64,000 bases of DNA from an uncultured Nitrososphaeraceae archaeon (GTDB taxonomy: Archaea > Thermoproteota > Nitrososphaeria > Nitrososphaerales > Nitrososphaeraceae): positions 32,001 to 96,000 of the forward strand of contig CAWGVG010000028.1 of NCBI GenBank assembly GCA_963825865.1. Reading direction: 5' to 3'. Below are positions 31,711 to 42,690 of the stretch, one piece after another. Both the position numbers and the translations under genes were made by a program. Under the pieces are notes generated by a model that was not told the origin of the DNA, ran no database searches, and saw nothing but the letters and a program-made list of their open reading frames with translations. Position 1 is the first letter of the stretch; each line of letters starts with the position of its first letter.

Positions 31711-33174
31711 TTAAACTACAGACTCGAGTTTAATTTTTGGATATCCTGATGATCTATCCGTCACAATCGCGAAAAGATGTGTCCATGGAAGAATTGATTG
31801 CAAAAATAAGGTGCCATTCATTATTACGAGCTTCAGATGTATGTCATATGCTCCAGATAAGTGTTCTAGTATATTTTGAGAATGCTGGACTACTAACAGC
31901 GAAAGGTCAGTATTTGCTCTAATGAAGGGTATTATCTCCGTTTTATTAATTTGCCCATGTTTACGCATATTTTGATACATGTCTATGTCCATTATATTCA
32001 ACAAAATTTTTTCTGGATGCTCTTGCCTTGTTTTAAGTACAATATTGCGAAAAAATTCAAAGCGTTTCTCAAAATCATTGCAGTTATGATATGGTATTAT
32101 ATAATCTGATGATACTTCAACTTTATCAGCAGGACAGAAAATTTTAACTAGACCATTTTTGGGAGCGGCAGGCAGATGTGATTCTAGATAGGAGATTACT
32201 GTGCTAGGATCAAACCCATCGAATGATTGAAATAAAATCGGATTACAGGTTGTAACAAAGTTTGATATAATTCTGGCTAAAAATGTCATGGTCACCCTTG
32301 TATTGATATATGAGTCTGTTTCAACAAGTACGACGCCTTTCTTTGGAAATCCTCCTCCCAGCGCAATATCTAATCCTTGGTATCCACTTGCAATGTAAAA
32401 GTCTTCAGAAAGTGGTGTTATTTTCTTTTCTAGCTTGTTAAATGAGATTCTTGGGTTACAAGTTATCACAAACTCTGTTGGCTGATAAGCATTGTAGCTG
32501 CGGAAGAAACCATTGTTAAGTGTATAAATATATGATGGTTTGTTTATTCTAACTCCACGTAATTTTGAAAGGAAAATTTCTCTTATCCTCATATTATCAT
32601 AGAATTTCTGTCCTAACTCTACTATTCCATCAACAAGAAAATCAAGTGTCGTGTCTTTTGGATCTTCACTAATAAAAATTAATTTAGCGCCTGCCCTTTC
32701 GCGCCAAGTCTGTAATACGCGTTCGTTATTTAATCGTGCTTCTTTATCCATAAAAGATGCAATGGCATCCCAGCTATCGATAATGATTATTGGCGCCTTA
32801 ACATCCATCAGTTGATTTGTAATTCTTTCAAAAAGTGATTCGGGTTCATCAAGGCGTGCATCTTCAAAACTTGATAAATTATATCCTTGCTCTGATGTTT
32901 CATCTGGTCCTGATGTCTTTGATTGTTCAATGAACTTGCCAAGCCATGGATAATATAGAAAAAGTTGCTTCGGAGAAAGCCTAGTAGAAATATAGAAAAA
33001 GTTGTTTTTAATCTTTAATGCTCTCAGAATACTAAGCGAGAGAGTAGTCTTACCTGTCCCTGCATACCCTTTGATAAGCAGAGAATATGTGTTGCGCTGA
33101 ACGAACTGCATAAGTTCATAAGGAATATGGATTGATCTTTCAATCTGTTGCTTATTCCTAGGCCTCTTTAGCAT
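31711..33174 (-). CDS. GvpD-like / KaiC-RAD55 superfamily two-domain P-loop protein
   Basis: Walker A GYAGTGKT, Walker B IIIDSWD, LDFLVDGIV and KLRG. The second domain (SGYQGLDIALGGGFPKK) lacks a Walker A. Confidence 0.8.
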   Translation of the reverse strand: MLKRPRNKQQIERSIHIPYELMQFVQRNTYSLLIKGYAGTGKTTLSLSILRALKIKNNFFYISTRLSPKQLFLYYPWLGKFIEQSKTSGPDETSEQGYNLSSFEDARLDEPESLFERITNQLMDVKAPIIIIDSWDAIASFMDKEARLNNERVLQTWRERAGAKLIFISEDPKDTTLDFLVDGIVELGQKFYDNMRIREIFLSKLRGVRINKPSYIYTLNNGFFRSYNAYQPTEFVITCNPRISFNKLEKKITPLSEDFYIASGYQGLDIALGGGFPKKGVVLVETDSYINTRVTMTFLARIISNFVTTCNPILFQSFDGFDPSTVISYLESHLPAAPKNGLVKIFCPADKVEVSSDYIIPYHNCNDFEKRFEFFRNIVLKTRQEHPEKILLNIMDIDMYQNMRKHGQINKTEIIPFIRANTDLSLLVVQHSQNILEHLSGAYDIHLKLVIMNGTLFLQSILPWTHLFAIVTDRSSGYPKIKLESVV

Positions 33175-33409
33175 TTGCTCCCACCCTCATCAATAGCATG
33201 GCTTTAGCACTAATAATAACATACTTTTAATTTTTAATAATGTCTAAGAATATAATGATCTACATTTTATAAATTCTCAAAGTTATATTATAATAAATTC
33301 TTTACATGTAATAAAACATATATTTTTATTGGCTTTCTTCTCCTTATATTTTATCACATAACCTTTGATCAATAATACTTATTGCAAAAGGGATGCTTGT
33401 TTTATTATA

Positions 33410-34479
33410 TCACGGATTGAGCCCTTTCTGAAAACGCAGTGCATCAATAAGTCCTTCTGCATATCCAATACTTAAGACAGCCAGTTCTTGTTTGCCCTGT
33501 CTTAAAAATCTCTCTGCATCATCAATATCAGTACTCTGCATTATCAAGCACTTCAAAAGATCCTTTATTGCCAGATAGATTATTCTTCTCTTCTCTTATA
33601 ATAGATTTCATTTGTTCAATTGCATGTTTGGCTTTTGGAGCATATCTTTGAACCATATTTACAGAAATCTTCTGGATGTTGAGCGTATTGTCTATGGGTT
33701 TATCAACATTATAAGTCAGCGCTGTTAGTGCATCTGATTCTGTGAAATGAAGTTGCCCTGTTATTATTATTGAATGGGGACCTGTTCCGAAATCCAAGTC
33801 AGTTAGCGATTTAACTTTACCTGATATGATTTTTTTTTGTTTTGTACCGACACGAGAGGCGATAATCATAAAGGTTTCTTCTGAAAAAGCTTTGTGATTT
33901 AGATCATTTTCTATATCCAGCGAGCATTTTAAATATGTATATCGGGTCAAGGAAAAAAAATTTGTTATGTCTATTATGGTATTCTGTCAAAATCAAAGTA
34001 TGGTTCCCTGCAAGCAAATTATCAAAAATTGTATTATATACACTAACAGTTGACTGCGGTTCAGACATCATCGTAACCGTTCTTCCAAATTTGTATATGT
34101 GTAGACCTGTCTCACCGATCAAGGAAGTGATGCCAGATGCAGCATGTATGATATTGACTTTGATCGAGTTTTTTACAGCTCTTACATGTAGTTCTGTAAG
34201 AGTGGTTGCAATTAATGGATCGCCATATGCCAAGAGTGCAATATCTTTGTTCTTTGCTTCTTCAAGAATCTCTCGTCCATCTTCAACAAACCATCGTTCG
34301 ACAGGTCTTATACCATTATCATTTTTTCCAATCAGAGAATTCAAACCTTGTAAATCATCGTCAGATAATGCACTTGTAAATCTCTCGATATAAACTATAT
34401 CACATATTTTCAAAATGTCCAGTGCATGAATGCTTATACCTTCGTAACCGTGAATGCCTATTCCAATAAGCCAGAGCAT
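33410..34479 (-). CDS. dph5: Diphthine synthase with C-terminal DUF357-like domain (two frameshifts)
   Basis: LWLIGIG, ERFTS, GDPLIATT, GLHIYKFGRT, HTLIL, DFG.GPHSIII and AVLSIGYAEGLIDAL. Confidence 0.88.
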
Positions 34480-34502
34480 ATATAAGGAAAAGACTTCCAG
34501 CT

Positions 34503-35639
34503 CTATATTTTGTCTTTGGTATCGTTGATCTTTTTGATTTGATGAAGTCTGGACATATGAAATAACGCTCTACTAAATACTTCGATGCTAGAAACATATT
34601 CTTCAATCTCTACTCGTTCATCAACAGTGTGAGAAGTATGCGGGTCTCCAGGACCAAATGTTATCATAGGTATTTTTAATGCATTACCCAGTATATTCAT
34701 ATCACCAGTTCCTGTTTTGCGTACGAGAATTGGACGTTTTTTGCAAACATCAAGAATTGAAAGTGAAAGTGCTCTTACTATAGTAGAATTATGATTTGCT
34801 TCAAAGGGCTCTGTTTTGTCTTCTATTCTATAAGTAGCTTTTACTCCTTTCTTGGTAGCAACTTCAGTAATGGCTCCATCTATAATTTCAAGCACCTTTT
34901 CACATGTAGTAATAGTGGGTATTCGAACATCTAATGTTATTTTGCACTTCTGAGGTGTAACGTTATGGCTGGAACCACCTGTAATTTCAGTGAGGCTACA
35001 ACTGATTGAATTGGTCTTATTCTCTCTTGTGCCTGCCCGGTTTATTTCAGATTTTATTGCATTCCAAAAATCACACATTTCTTCAATTGAATTTTTAGCC
35101 AGCCAAGGTGCACTTGCGTGGGCACTAGATCCAACATCGCACGTAAGTCTGACTGCCAGTCTGCCTTTGTATGCAATCGTAATGTTCCCGATGCCACTTG
35201 GTTCGCCAAAAATTGCATAATCTACTGAAAGTTTACTCTTTACAAGTTGTTTAACTCCAGTCGCATTTCCTTCTTCGTCAACGACACCTGCGAAAATTAT
35301 GGTTCCTCTCTGTTTTGGATATTCAGAAGCCGCAAGTAACATTGCAATCAGAGGAGCCTTTGCATCAGACGCTCCGCGACCATAAATGAAACCGTCCTCT
35401 ATTTTCACTGGAATTTGTCCAGGAACAGTATCCATATGGCCACAGAGTAGTATTCTGGGTTCATCATTTCCTTTAGTTGCAATAACGTTTCCAACGCTGT
35501 CAATATGAACCTGTTCAAAACCAAGTTCGTTAACACATCTCTCTTTAATCATATTTGCAACCGAAGCTTCAGACCTTGATGGTGTGTATAATTGGAGGGC
35601 TTTCCTTAATAATTCAACCGCGTAACTCGTAGAAACCAA
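34503..35639 (-). CDS. lysK: [LysW]-lysine/ornithine hydrolase (M20 family)
   Basis: GHMDTVPG, GRGASDAK, DEEG, GEPS, KTGTGDMN and GPGD..SHT motifs. Confidence 0.9.
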   Translation of the reverse strand: MVSTSYAVELLRKALQLYTPSRSEASVANMIKERCVNELGFEQVHIDSVGNVIATKGNDEPRILLCGHMDTVPGQIPVKIEDGFIYGRGASDAKAPLIAMLLAASEYPKQRGTIIFAGVVDEEGNATGVKQLVKSKLSVDYAIFGEPSGIGNITIAYKGRLAVRLTCDVGSSAHASAPWLAKNSIEEMCDFWNAIKSEINRAGTRENKTNSISCSLTEITGGSSHNVTPQKCKITLDVRIPTITTCEKVLEIIDGAITEVATKKGVKATYRIEDKTEPFEANHNSTIVRALSLSILDVCKKRPILVRKTGTGDMNILGNALKIPMITFGPGDPHTSHTVDERVEIEEYVSSIEVFSRALFHMSRLHQIKKINDTKDKI

Positions 35640-35641
35640 TT

Positions 35642-36514
35642 CTACTTATTCTTTTCTAATTTTGAAGAGTAATCAACAATCAATCCTGGAATATCGATAC
35701 CCGTTACCCTGACTGTATTTCTAAATTCAGTTGTATTATTGACCTCGTGCACAATTAGACCATGTTCTTTACTCTCCATAAGATCAACGCCAACAATCTG
35801 TCCTCCCATGGCATTTGTAGCTTTTATACAGATATCTTCTAACTCTATAGTGACTGGACAAATTTCAGCATGGCCTCCCAAAGCCATGTTCGTTTTCCAT
35901 TCATCTTGGGTGGAATAGCGATAAATGGCAGCAACAACTCTGTCTCCTACTACAATTGCCCTAATATCTCTAGGAGGACGCTTAACGAACTCTTCAAAGT
36001 AGTAAACGTGATACAGTGGAAACATGTGCTCTCTGTCTTCAATTATCGCCTTGGCTGCATCTTTGTCGCGCAGAAGGGCAATTAATCTTCCCCAACTTCC
36101 AACTGTGGGCTTGATAACTGCCGGGTATCCTAACCTATCAAGCGCTGCCATTGCAGATACGTCGGAGAATGCAGAAATTGCTTTAGGTGTCTTTAAACCA
36201 GCTTTTTGGAGTTCCATGTGGGAAAATAATTTATTACCACAAAGAATTGCAGTGCGGAGCGAATTGATAATATGTGCTCCAAGACCCTCTAACGCAGCAG
36301 TTGAGTGAAGACTTTTAAAATAACTAACACAACGTTGAATAATGATTTTATTCTTATATACTGAGGAATTATTCTCATTTAGGTCAATAAAAAGATCTTT
36401 ACAATTAGTATTATTCACTTCAATTCCTCTCTTTTTAGCAGCTAAATATAGTGCCTTTTCTTCCCATCTGATGTTGTCATAAAGAATGGTAAGAGAAGTC
36501 CTGCCTTTGGTCAC
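35642..36514 (-). CDS. lysX: Alpha-aminoadipate-LysW ligase
   Basis: ATP-grasp/RimK motifs KPTVGSWGR, RDIR and EVNNTTEFRN (Asn signature); adjacent to homocitrate synthase. Confidence 0.88.
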   Translation of the reverse strand: MTKGRTSLTILYDNIRWEEKALYLAAKKRGIEVNNTNCKDLFIDLNENNSSVYKNKIIIQRCVSYFKSLHSTAALEGLGAHIINSLRTAILCGNKLFSHMELQKAGLKTPKAISAFSDVSAMAALDRLGYPAVIKPTVGSWGRLIALLRDKDAAKAIIEDREHMFPLYHVYYFEEFVKRPPRDIRAIVVGDRVVAAIYRYSTQDEWKTNMALGGHAEICPVTIELEDICIKATNAMGGQIVGVDLMESKEHGLIVHEVNNTTEFRNTVRVTGIDIPGLIVDYSSKLEKNK

Positions 36515-36678
36515 TCGCCCCAGTCCTCGCCCAAAACTTGGGCTGGTTTAATATTAAATTCTTCGTCTAGTTTTACAAGCTCATAACTTGCACCACAGTC
36601 TGGACACGTTACAATTTCGCCTTCAATAGAGTCAGGAGGAACTTTGATTTCCGCATCGCATTCTGGGCATTTAACCAT
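36511..36678 (-). CDS. lysW: Amino-group carrier protein LysW (55 aa, not in ORF track)
   Basis: MVKCPECD..CPDCG..EDWGE*. Confidence 0.95.
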   Translation of the reverse strand: MVKCPECDAEIKVPPDSIEGEIVTCPDCGASYELVKLDEEFNIKPAQVLGEDWGE

Positions 36679-36684
36679 GTCAAT

Positions 36685-37891
36685 CTACTCCTTTACTTTC
36701 AGAGCCGCATCATTAAGTATCTTTCTCTCTAGTCTATCGTCCAAGTATAACTCCAAGATATCGCCCATACGAAGTTCTTTCAAACCGCGAGCTAAAGTAG
36801 CTGCTTCATGTTGACCTGTTTCCAATCCTAGCAATGATAATAAGTAGGTTGCACCATTTTTGCCAGCGAGTTCTCCAAATACTATTTTGCGTCTGTTGCC
36901 CACAACCTTTGGTTCCAGGATTTCGTACGCCGATGGGTTTCGGTAGAATTCCGGCAAGGTGAGTGCCTGCTTTATGCTTGTATGCGCTATCTCCGACAAT
37001 TGGTTTTGATTCTGGAATTTCTAAATCTGTATATTGTGAAATTGTCTTTGATAAATCTCTTAGCATATGTAATCTCAAGTCGTTGTTTGATTTGTAAATC
37101 AGAGTGAGTGCAACTGCAGTCTCAGCTAACGCTGGAATACCCGTACGTTCTCCAAACCCATCTATGGTGGTATGAATTTGATCTGCGCCCGCCTCACATC
37201 CTGTCAAAGCATTTGCTAATGCTAACCCAACATCGTTATGACAATGGACATCCAGTGAAGTTTTTGACATATCTATATTATCATAGACCATCTTGACAAG
37301 TCTGTACATACCTCTAGGACGCATAATGCCTACAGTATCTGGAATACTAATTCTTTCAATACCACGACTGTTCATCTCCTTACACATTTCTATAAGAAAA
37401 GCAGGATCAGTCCTACTTGCATCTTCCATTGTGAATCGGGCTTTCAAACTGTGTGACTTGATATAATCAGCAACTTCTAGTGCTCTTATTTTTGCCTCTT
37501 CTCTTGTAATCTTAAGTTTTGTAGACAGGTGAATATCGGAAATACCCATGTATGTTGCAACCCATGATGCTCCACTGCTAATGGCAATATCTACATCAGA
37601 TTTCATCGCCCTGACGTGTGCTATGATATCCGCTTTCAATCCCTGTTTTATAATGGTCCTTGTAGACTCAAGGTGGTCAGTTGATATTACAGGACTTATT
37701 TCAATTTGATCGACGCCAAAAGAATCGAGCATCCATGCAATCTGAATTCTTTGTTTGGTAGTGAATGAAACTTTAGGATGCTGTTCACCTTCCCTCAGAG
37801 TAGAGTCAAGAATTTTAATTCTCTTTCTGTCTTTGTCGGATTCATTATATGTATGCGCATAATAGTTTGGATCGTCTGAATTTAGCGACAT
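36685..37891 (-). CDS. Homocitrate synthase (LeuA family; frameshift near 36950)
   Basis: DSTLREGEQ, EDASR, PDTVG, HCHNDVG, GERTG and HKAGTH; located in the lys operon. Confidence 0.85.
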
Positions 37892-38049
37892 CTATTTCTT
37901 TTAATTAACTCCTTTCGCACGAAATATAAACTTTTTCGCGACTAAAATCACATATACACTGTCGTTTTGTTATAATATTCGTTGAGAAACTAGGTGAAAA
38001 ATCGAATTTCGCGCCTTTATTAATAAAATGAACAATAACACCAAGATTT

Positions 38050-38478
38050 TTATCGTATGGTTTTTTTAAGAATAATTACTGTATTTGTATCAGAGACACC
38101 TTCTGTTTTCCGGACATCATCAATAGAGTTGTTAATTTCGGTGATTGTAGGAGCTGTAATGATCGCGGCAATGTCATACTGTCCTGTAATCTCATAGATC
38201 ACCTCAACGCCGTTAATTTTCATTAGTTTGGAAGAAACTACATTTGTATCTGCAGTGGAATTGAGTGAGATAAGAGTTATTGCGCTTGCCTTGTCGGTAG
38301 TACTCATTTCTATGGTAAATCGCTTGATAATTCCACTATCTGTGAGATTTTTTATACGCCTTCTTACAGCAGATTCTGACAATCCGATCTCACTGCCAAT
38401 TTCAACAAATGATTTGCGTGAGTCATATTGCAAAATCCCCATTATCTTCTCATCAATAGAGTCGAGGTTACCCCACAT
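38050..38478 (-). CDS. lysM: Lrp/AsnC-family regulator, LysM type
   Basis: DSIDEKI..L..DSR, LSESAVRRRI and YEITGQYDI; inside the lys/arg cluster. Confidence 0.8.
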   Translation of the reverse strand: MWGNLDSIDEKIMGILQYDSRKSFVEIGSEIGLSESAVRRRIKNLTDSGIIKRFTIEMSTTDKASAITLISLNSTADTNVVSSKLMKINGVEVIYEITGQYDIAAIITAPTITEINNSIDDVRKTEGVSDTNTVIILKKTIR

Positions 38479-39649
38479 TTCTCCTCTTCTCCTCTTTAGC
38501 AAGTAGGTTATCCATTATTTCTAATATGTGAGAAACAGTCTTTTCATCCATAACAATTGGCGGAAGTAGCCTAATTATGTTTCTTCCTGAATATAGCATT
38601 AACAATCCGTTTCTGATTCCATCAAATAGTATGTCCTTTACATCGAAACGTAATTCTACCGCTAACATCATTCCTAAACCTCTAACTTCTCTAATTATCT
38701 TGTGTCTATCATTGAGCATCAGAAGACCGTCTTTGAAGTATTTGCCAGTTTTTAAGGCATTTTCAACTAGTTTATCCTCTATGAGTGCATCAAGGGTTGC
38801 ACTACCCGCGGCACATGCAAGTGGATTTCCTGCAAAGGTGGAAGAGTGTTCGCCAACCTTCATTGCTTTTAAGATTTCGGGTTTTACTAATGTCAAGCCC
38901 ATGGGAATTCCACCCGCAATCCCTTTTGCAAGACACATGATATCAGGCGTAGTGTCCCAGTTCTGTCCTGCCCAGATCTTACCCGTCCTACCGAGACCGG
39001 TTTGAATTTCATCAAATATCAAAACTAAGTTGTGACGATTACAAATCTCTCTGACGCTTTGTATAAAACCATCTGCTGGAACAACAATTCCTGTTTCACC
39101 TTGGATTGGTTCTAAAATTACAGTTCCTATAGTGTCATCAATTGCTTCTTCGATTTTGGCAGGATCGCTATAAGGAACAAACTTTACACCCTCTAAAAGA
39201 GGCATGAATGACTTTCTATATTTTTCATTGTGAGTTACTGAAAGTGCTCCGAATGTCTTTCCATGGTAAGCACCATTCATAGCTATTATGCCTTTCTTAC
39301 CAGTATATTTGCGAGAGAATTTTAATGCAGCTTCAACGGCTTCAGCACCACTATTGCTAAAAAATGTATCGGTAATTCCCTTCGGAGCTAATCTAGATAT
39401 CTTTTGGAGAAACTTTAACCTAGTATCATTGTATAGAGACATATGGCATACTATGAGTTTTTCTGCTTGGTCCTTGACAGCTTGTACTATTCTATCATTG
39501 CAATGTCCAACAATTGCAACACCATATCCTCCCATACAATCGATATATTCGTTACCAGATGTATCCCAGAGTTTTGCACCTTTACCACGTGCAATGTTTA
39601 CAGGGAATCTCTGGTACAAATTAGCTAAATGCTGGTCCTCGTCATTCAA
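38468..39649 (-). CDS. lysJ: [LysW]-semialdehyde aminotransferase (class III)
   Basis: NSGAEAVE, YHGKT, EPIQGE, DEIQTG.GRTG and AKGIAGG motifs. Confidence 0.9.
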   Translation of the reverse strand: MNDEDQHLANLYQRFPVNIARGKGAKLWDTSGNEYIDCMGGYGVAIVGHCNDRIVQAVKDQAEKLIVCHMSLYNDTRLKFLQKISRLAPKGITDTFFSNSGAEAVEAALKFSRKYTGKKGIIAMNGAYHGKTFGALSVTHNEKYRKSFMPLLEGVKFVPYSDPAKIEEAIDDTIGTVILEPIQGETGIVVPADGFIQSVREICNRHNLVLIFDEIQTGLGRTGKIWAGQNWDTTPDIMCLAKGIAGGIPMGLTLVKPEILKAMKVGEHSSTFAGNPLACAAGSATLDALIEDKLVENALKTGKYFKDGLLMLNDRHKIIREVRGLGMMLAVELRFDVKDILFDGIRNGLLMLYSGRNIIRLLPPIVMDEKTVSHILEIMDNLLAKEEKRRNVG

Positions 39650-40450
39650 TTGGCAGTAATCACCGTACAATTATTATGTATTATTGCTGCTGAGATGGGG
39701 TTCTCTACCTGACCTGATGCAATTATAGCCTCTTTGACTCCCATTTCTATTGCCTCATTACATGCCATAACTTTCTTTTCCATACCGAATCCTATCTTTG
39801 GTAATGCTACTGTTACCTGTTCAAATGTCATGTTTGAAATTAACTTATCGTTTAATATCAGCCCATTGACATTTGTAATAAATATCACTTTGTCAGCTTT
39901 TACTTCACCTGCAATATATGCCGGCAGCTCGATCTCCATCTACATTAAGAAAATCAAATTCTTCACTTAATGCAATAGGTGAGACAACAGGAACATATCC
40001 TTTATCTACTAATGTATTTAATAATGTTGGATCAACTGCATTTATCTTGCCCGTGTATCCGCCATCTATTGCCATTTTTCTGCCTTTTTCGTTGATAATC
40101 AAAAGCTTCTTCTTACGTTCTGCCTTCAACATACCTCCATCAATCCCGGCAATCCCGGCAGCCTTTATGTCTCGAGATAATAGCATTCCTACAATTTCTT
40201 TATTTATCTTACCTGACATCACCATGGTATAGATTTTCGCTGTATCTTTGTCAGTATATCTGCTCCTCACTCCTCCAGGCGATACGATGAACTTTTGTTC
40301 TTTACCAAGTTTCGTTGCAGTATTGGTGACTTCTTTGCCTCCGCCGTGTACAAGAATCAATTTGTCTTTTTCGACTGTCTTTTTGATATCGGAAAGTGTT
40401 GTAGAATGGAGTCCATCTACTACACTTCCACCGATCTTGATTACTATCAT
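39646..40450 (-). CDS. lysZ: [LysW]-aminoadipate/glutamate kinase (frameshift near 39920)
   Basis: VIKIGGS, VHGGG, SRYTD, GGYTGKI, NVDGDRAA and GMEKK motifs. Confidence 0.9.
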
Positions 40451-41526
40451 ACTGGTGTCAGTGGAGTATATTTTAATCCATCCATCTCATCATAGCCAAG
40501 CATTACATTCATGTTCTGTATTGCAGATCCTGCTGCCCCTTTCATCAAGTTATCAGATGCAGATAATGCCACGAGCCTTTTATTGTCATCATCAATATCA
40601 AATCCTATGTCGCAAAAGTTCGAGCCAACTACAAATTTGGGATCTGGAAATTTGTAGATGCCTTTCTTATCGCGAATAAACCTGATGAAAGGTTCGTTCT
40701 TGTACGAGGTTCTATATATTTTCCATAGTTCTAACTCGCTAATAGGTTCCTTCAGGAATGTGTGATTTGTAGTAAGGATGCCTCGAACCACATTTACTGC
40801 ATGGGGTGTCATACTTACTTTAATTGTTTTTTTGGCAATACGTCCTAATTCTTGTTCAATTTCTCCTGTGTGTCTGTGTTTAGTGGGCTTGTATGGTCGA
40901 ATTACGCCATATCGCATTGCATGATGTGTTCCTGCATTTGCTTTCACACCTGCACCCGATGAACCAATCTTGCTGTCAACTATGATGTGGTCGGTGTCAA
41001 TCAAATTGTTTTCTATTAGCGGTTTTATTGCAAGCAAAGAAGTAACCGCCATGCAGCCGGGGCACGAAACTAACTGAGCTTTCTTAATCTCGTCACGATG
41101 GAGTTCTGGAACTCCATATACTGATTTTGATAACATTTCGGGGAAAGGATGTTCCCACCCATACCACTTTACATAATCCTTTGGATTCTTCAAACGAAAG
41201 TCTGCCGATAGATCTATTATCTTTGTGCCTCTATCATATAGATCTTTAACTATTTCGTTTGCCTTGCTATGAGGAACTGAAGTAAATATTATCTCACACG
41301 AACTTGCCAATTTTTCCATATCCATTGGCAAAAAAGTAAGATCTATGAAACCTTTCAGACTAGGATGAACACGGTGTACATATTCACCTGCCTTCTGTCT
41401 GGATGTTACCATGCTTATCTCAACTTTGGGATGGAAAAGAAGTAAGCGTAATAATTCACCACCCACATAACCTGATGCACCAACAACACCAACTTTCATT
41501 TTTAATAGTTCGTCTCTATCTGCCAA
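40447..41526 (-). CDS. lysY: [LysW]-phosphate reductase (ArgC family)
   Basis: GASGYVG, IDLSADFRL, YGVPELHR, PGC, GSSGAG and DNLMKGAAG motifs. Confidence 0.92.
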   Translation of the reverse strand: MADRDELLKMKVGVVGASGYVGGELLRLLLFHPKVEISMVTSRQKAGEYVHRVHPSLKGFIDLTFLPMDMEKLASSCEIIFTSVPHSKANEIVKDLYDRGTKIIDLSADFRLKNPKDYVKWYGWEHPFPEMLSKSVYGVPELHRDEIKKAQLVSCPGCMAVTSLLAIKPLIENNLIDTDHIIVDSKIGSSGAGVKANAGTHHAMRYGVIRPYKPTKHRHTGEIEQELGRIAKKTIKVSMTPHAVNVVRGILTTNHTFLKEPISELELWKIYRTSYKNEPFIRFIRDKKGIYKFPDPKFVVGSNFCDIGFDIDDDNKRLVALSASDNLMKGAAGSAIQNMNVMLGYDEMDGLKYTPLTPV

Positions 41527-41648
41527 TAACGTGGCTTATGAATTTTGTTATATCTTCTACATTCAAAGATGTAAATTGCAATAAAGATTTTTATTTATTT
41601 TTTTGGTCAGAATTGTATATTTTGGGTCACTAGAAACCATATTCAGTC

Positions 41649-42509
41649 TCATTTTTTTGCAATTTTCAAGGCATAATCTATTATAGCACCGGCTATGTCA
41701 GCGTCAGAAACATTGGAAGCTCCTCTGAATTCCACAGTGCTATTGACTTCATGAACTAATAGTCCTCTTTTTTCATCTTCCATTAAATCAATTCCCACTA
41801 TGCCACCTCCTACAGCTTTTGGAGCTTTTAGTGCAATATCTTCTAGTTCATTTGTAATTGGAGCAACTTCTGCTTTCCCTCCCCTAGCTACGTTTGTCCT
41901 CCATTCGTTTTCTGCAGAATAACGATAAATGGCGGCAATAACTTTATCTCCTACTACTATACACCTAAGGTCTCGCGGCGGTCTTTTGATCATTTCCTGG
42001 ACATAATAAATACGTGCTAGAGGGCTATCATCTCCTTCTCGCATTTCTACAATCATGTTTGCAACTTCTTCGTCTCGTAGTGGAAAAACTCCTCTACCCC
42101 ATGAACCAACAATTGGTTTTAAAACAAGCGGAAATCCTATCTTGCTTATTACTTCTATTGCAGATTCTGCGCTAAAAGCAAAATGTGTCTTTGGAGTTGG
42201 AACTTGATACTTGGCAAGTGTAAGTGATGTTATCAATTTATTTCCGCAAGTTTCTCCGACTTTGAATTTATTGATAACGAGAAACCCCAGAAATTCTAAA
42301 CACGCTGTAAGGTATAATCCTCTAAAGTGGCTTATACTTCTTTGTAAGATTACATCCCCTAGTTGGAGTGCTTTTCTTTTGCTTTCGGTATCGATGGTAA
42401 TCGTTTTTGCGTCGATAATATGGGCTCTTAGACCCTTTTTTTTGGCTTTGTCATAAAGTGCCTTTTCCTCAAAACGTATCTTATCATAAATTACGCAAAC
42501 TTCAACCAT
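41649..42509 (-). CDS. argX: Glutamate-LysW ligase
   Basis: Second RimK-type ligase with EWRTNVA and EFRGA (Gly signature); located in the argG operon. Confidence 0.8.
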   Translation of the reverse strand: MVEVCVIYDKIRFEEKALYDKAKKKGLRAHIIDAKTITIDTESKRKALQLGDVILQRSISHFRGLYLTACLEFLGFLVINKFKVGETCGNKLITSLTLAKYQVPTPKTHFAFSAESAIEVISKIGFPLVLKPIVGSWGRGVFPLRDEEVANMIVEMREGDDSPLARIYYVQEMIKRPPRDLRCIVVGDKVIAAIYRYSAENEWRTNVARGGKAEVAPITNELEDIALKAPKAVGGGIVGIDLMEDEKRGLLVHEVNSTVEFRGASNVSDADIAGAIIDYALKIAKK

Positions 42510-42689
42510 CTATTCTCCCCAGTCTTCACCTAGAGTTTCAGCCGGTTTCAATTTCACTTTGCCTTTTTCTTTTTCATTTGATTCAATCTCAAAATCTGCA
42601 CCACAATCTGGACAAGTTATAACTTCTCCCACCATTGCGTCATCTGGAACATTGATTTCTCCTCCGCAGTCTTGACATTCCGTTTTCAT
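42510..42689 (-). CDS. lysW: Second LysW/ArgW carrier protein (59 aa, not in ORF track)
   Basis: MKTECQDCG..CPDCG..EDWGE*. Confidence 0.95.
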   Translation of the reverse strand: MKTECQDCGGEINVPDDAMVGEVITCPDCGADFEIESNEKEKGKVKLKPAETLGEDWGE

Positions 42690-42690
42690 T

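Noticed and set aside
31711-33174. Gas vesicle cluster or circadian clock
   Set aside because: No gvpA/C/N, kaiA or kaiB, and the second domain lacks a Walker A.
805-40450. Programmed frameshifting or a reassigned genetic code
   Set aside because: Breaks lack a shared slippery motif and all three stop codons are used normally; sequencing error is the simpler explanation.
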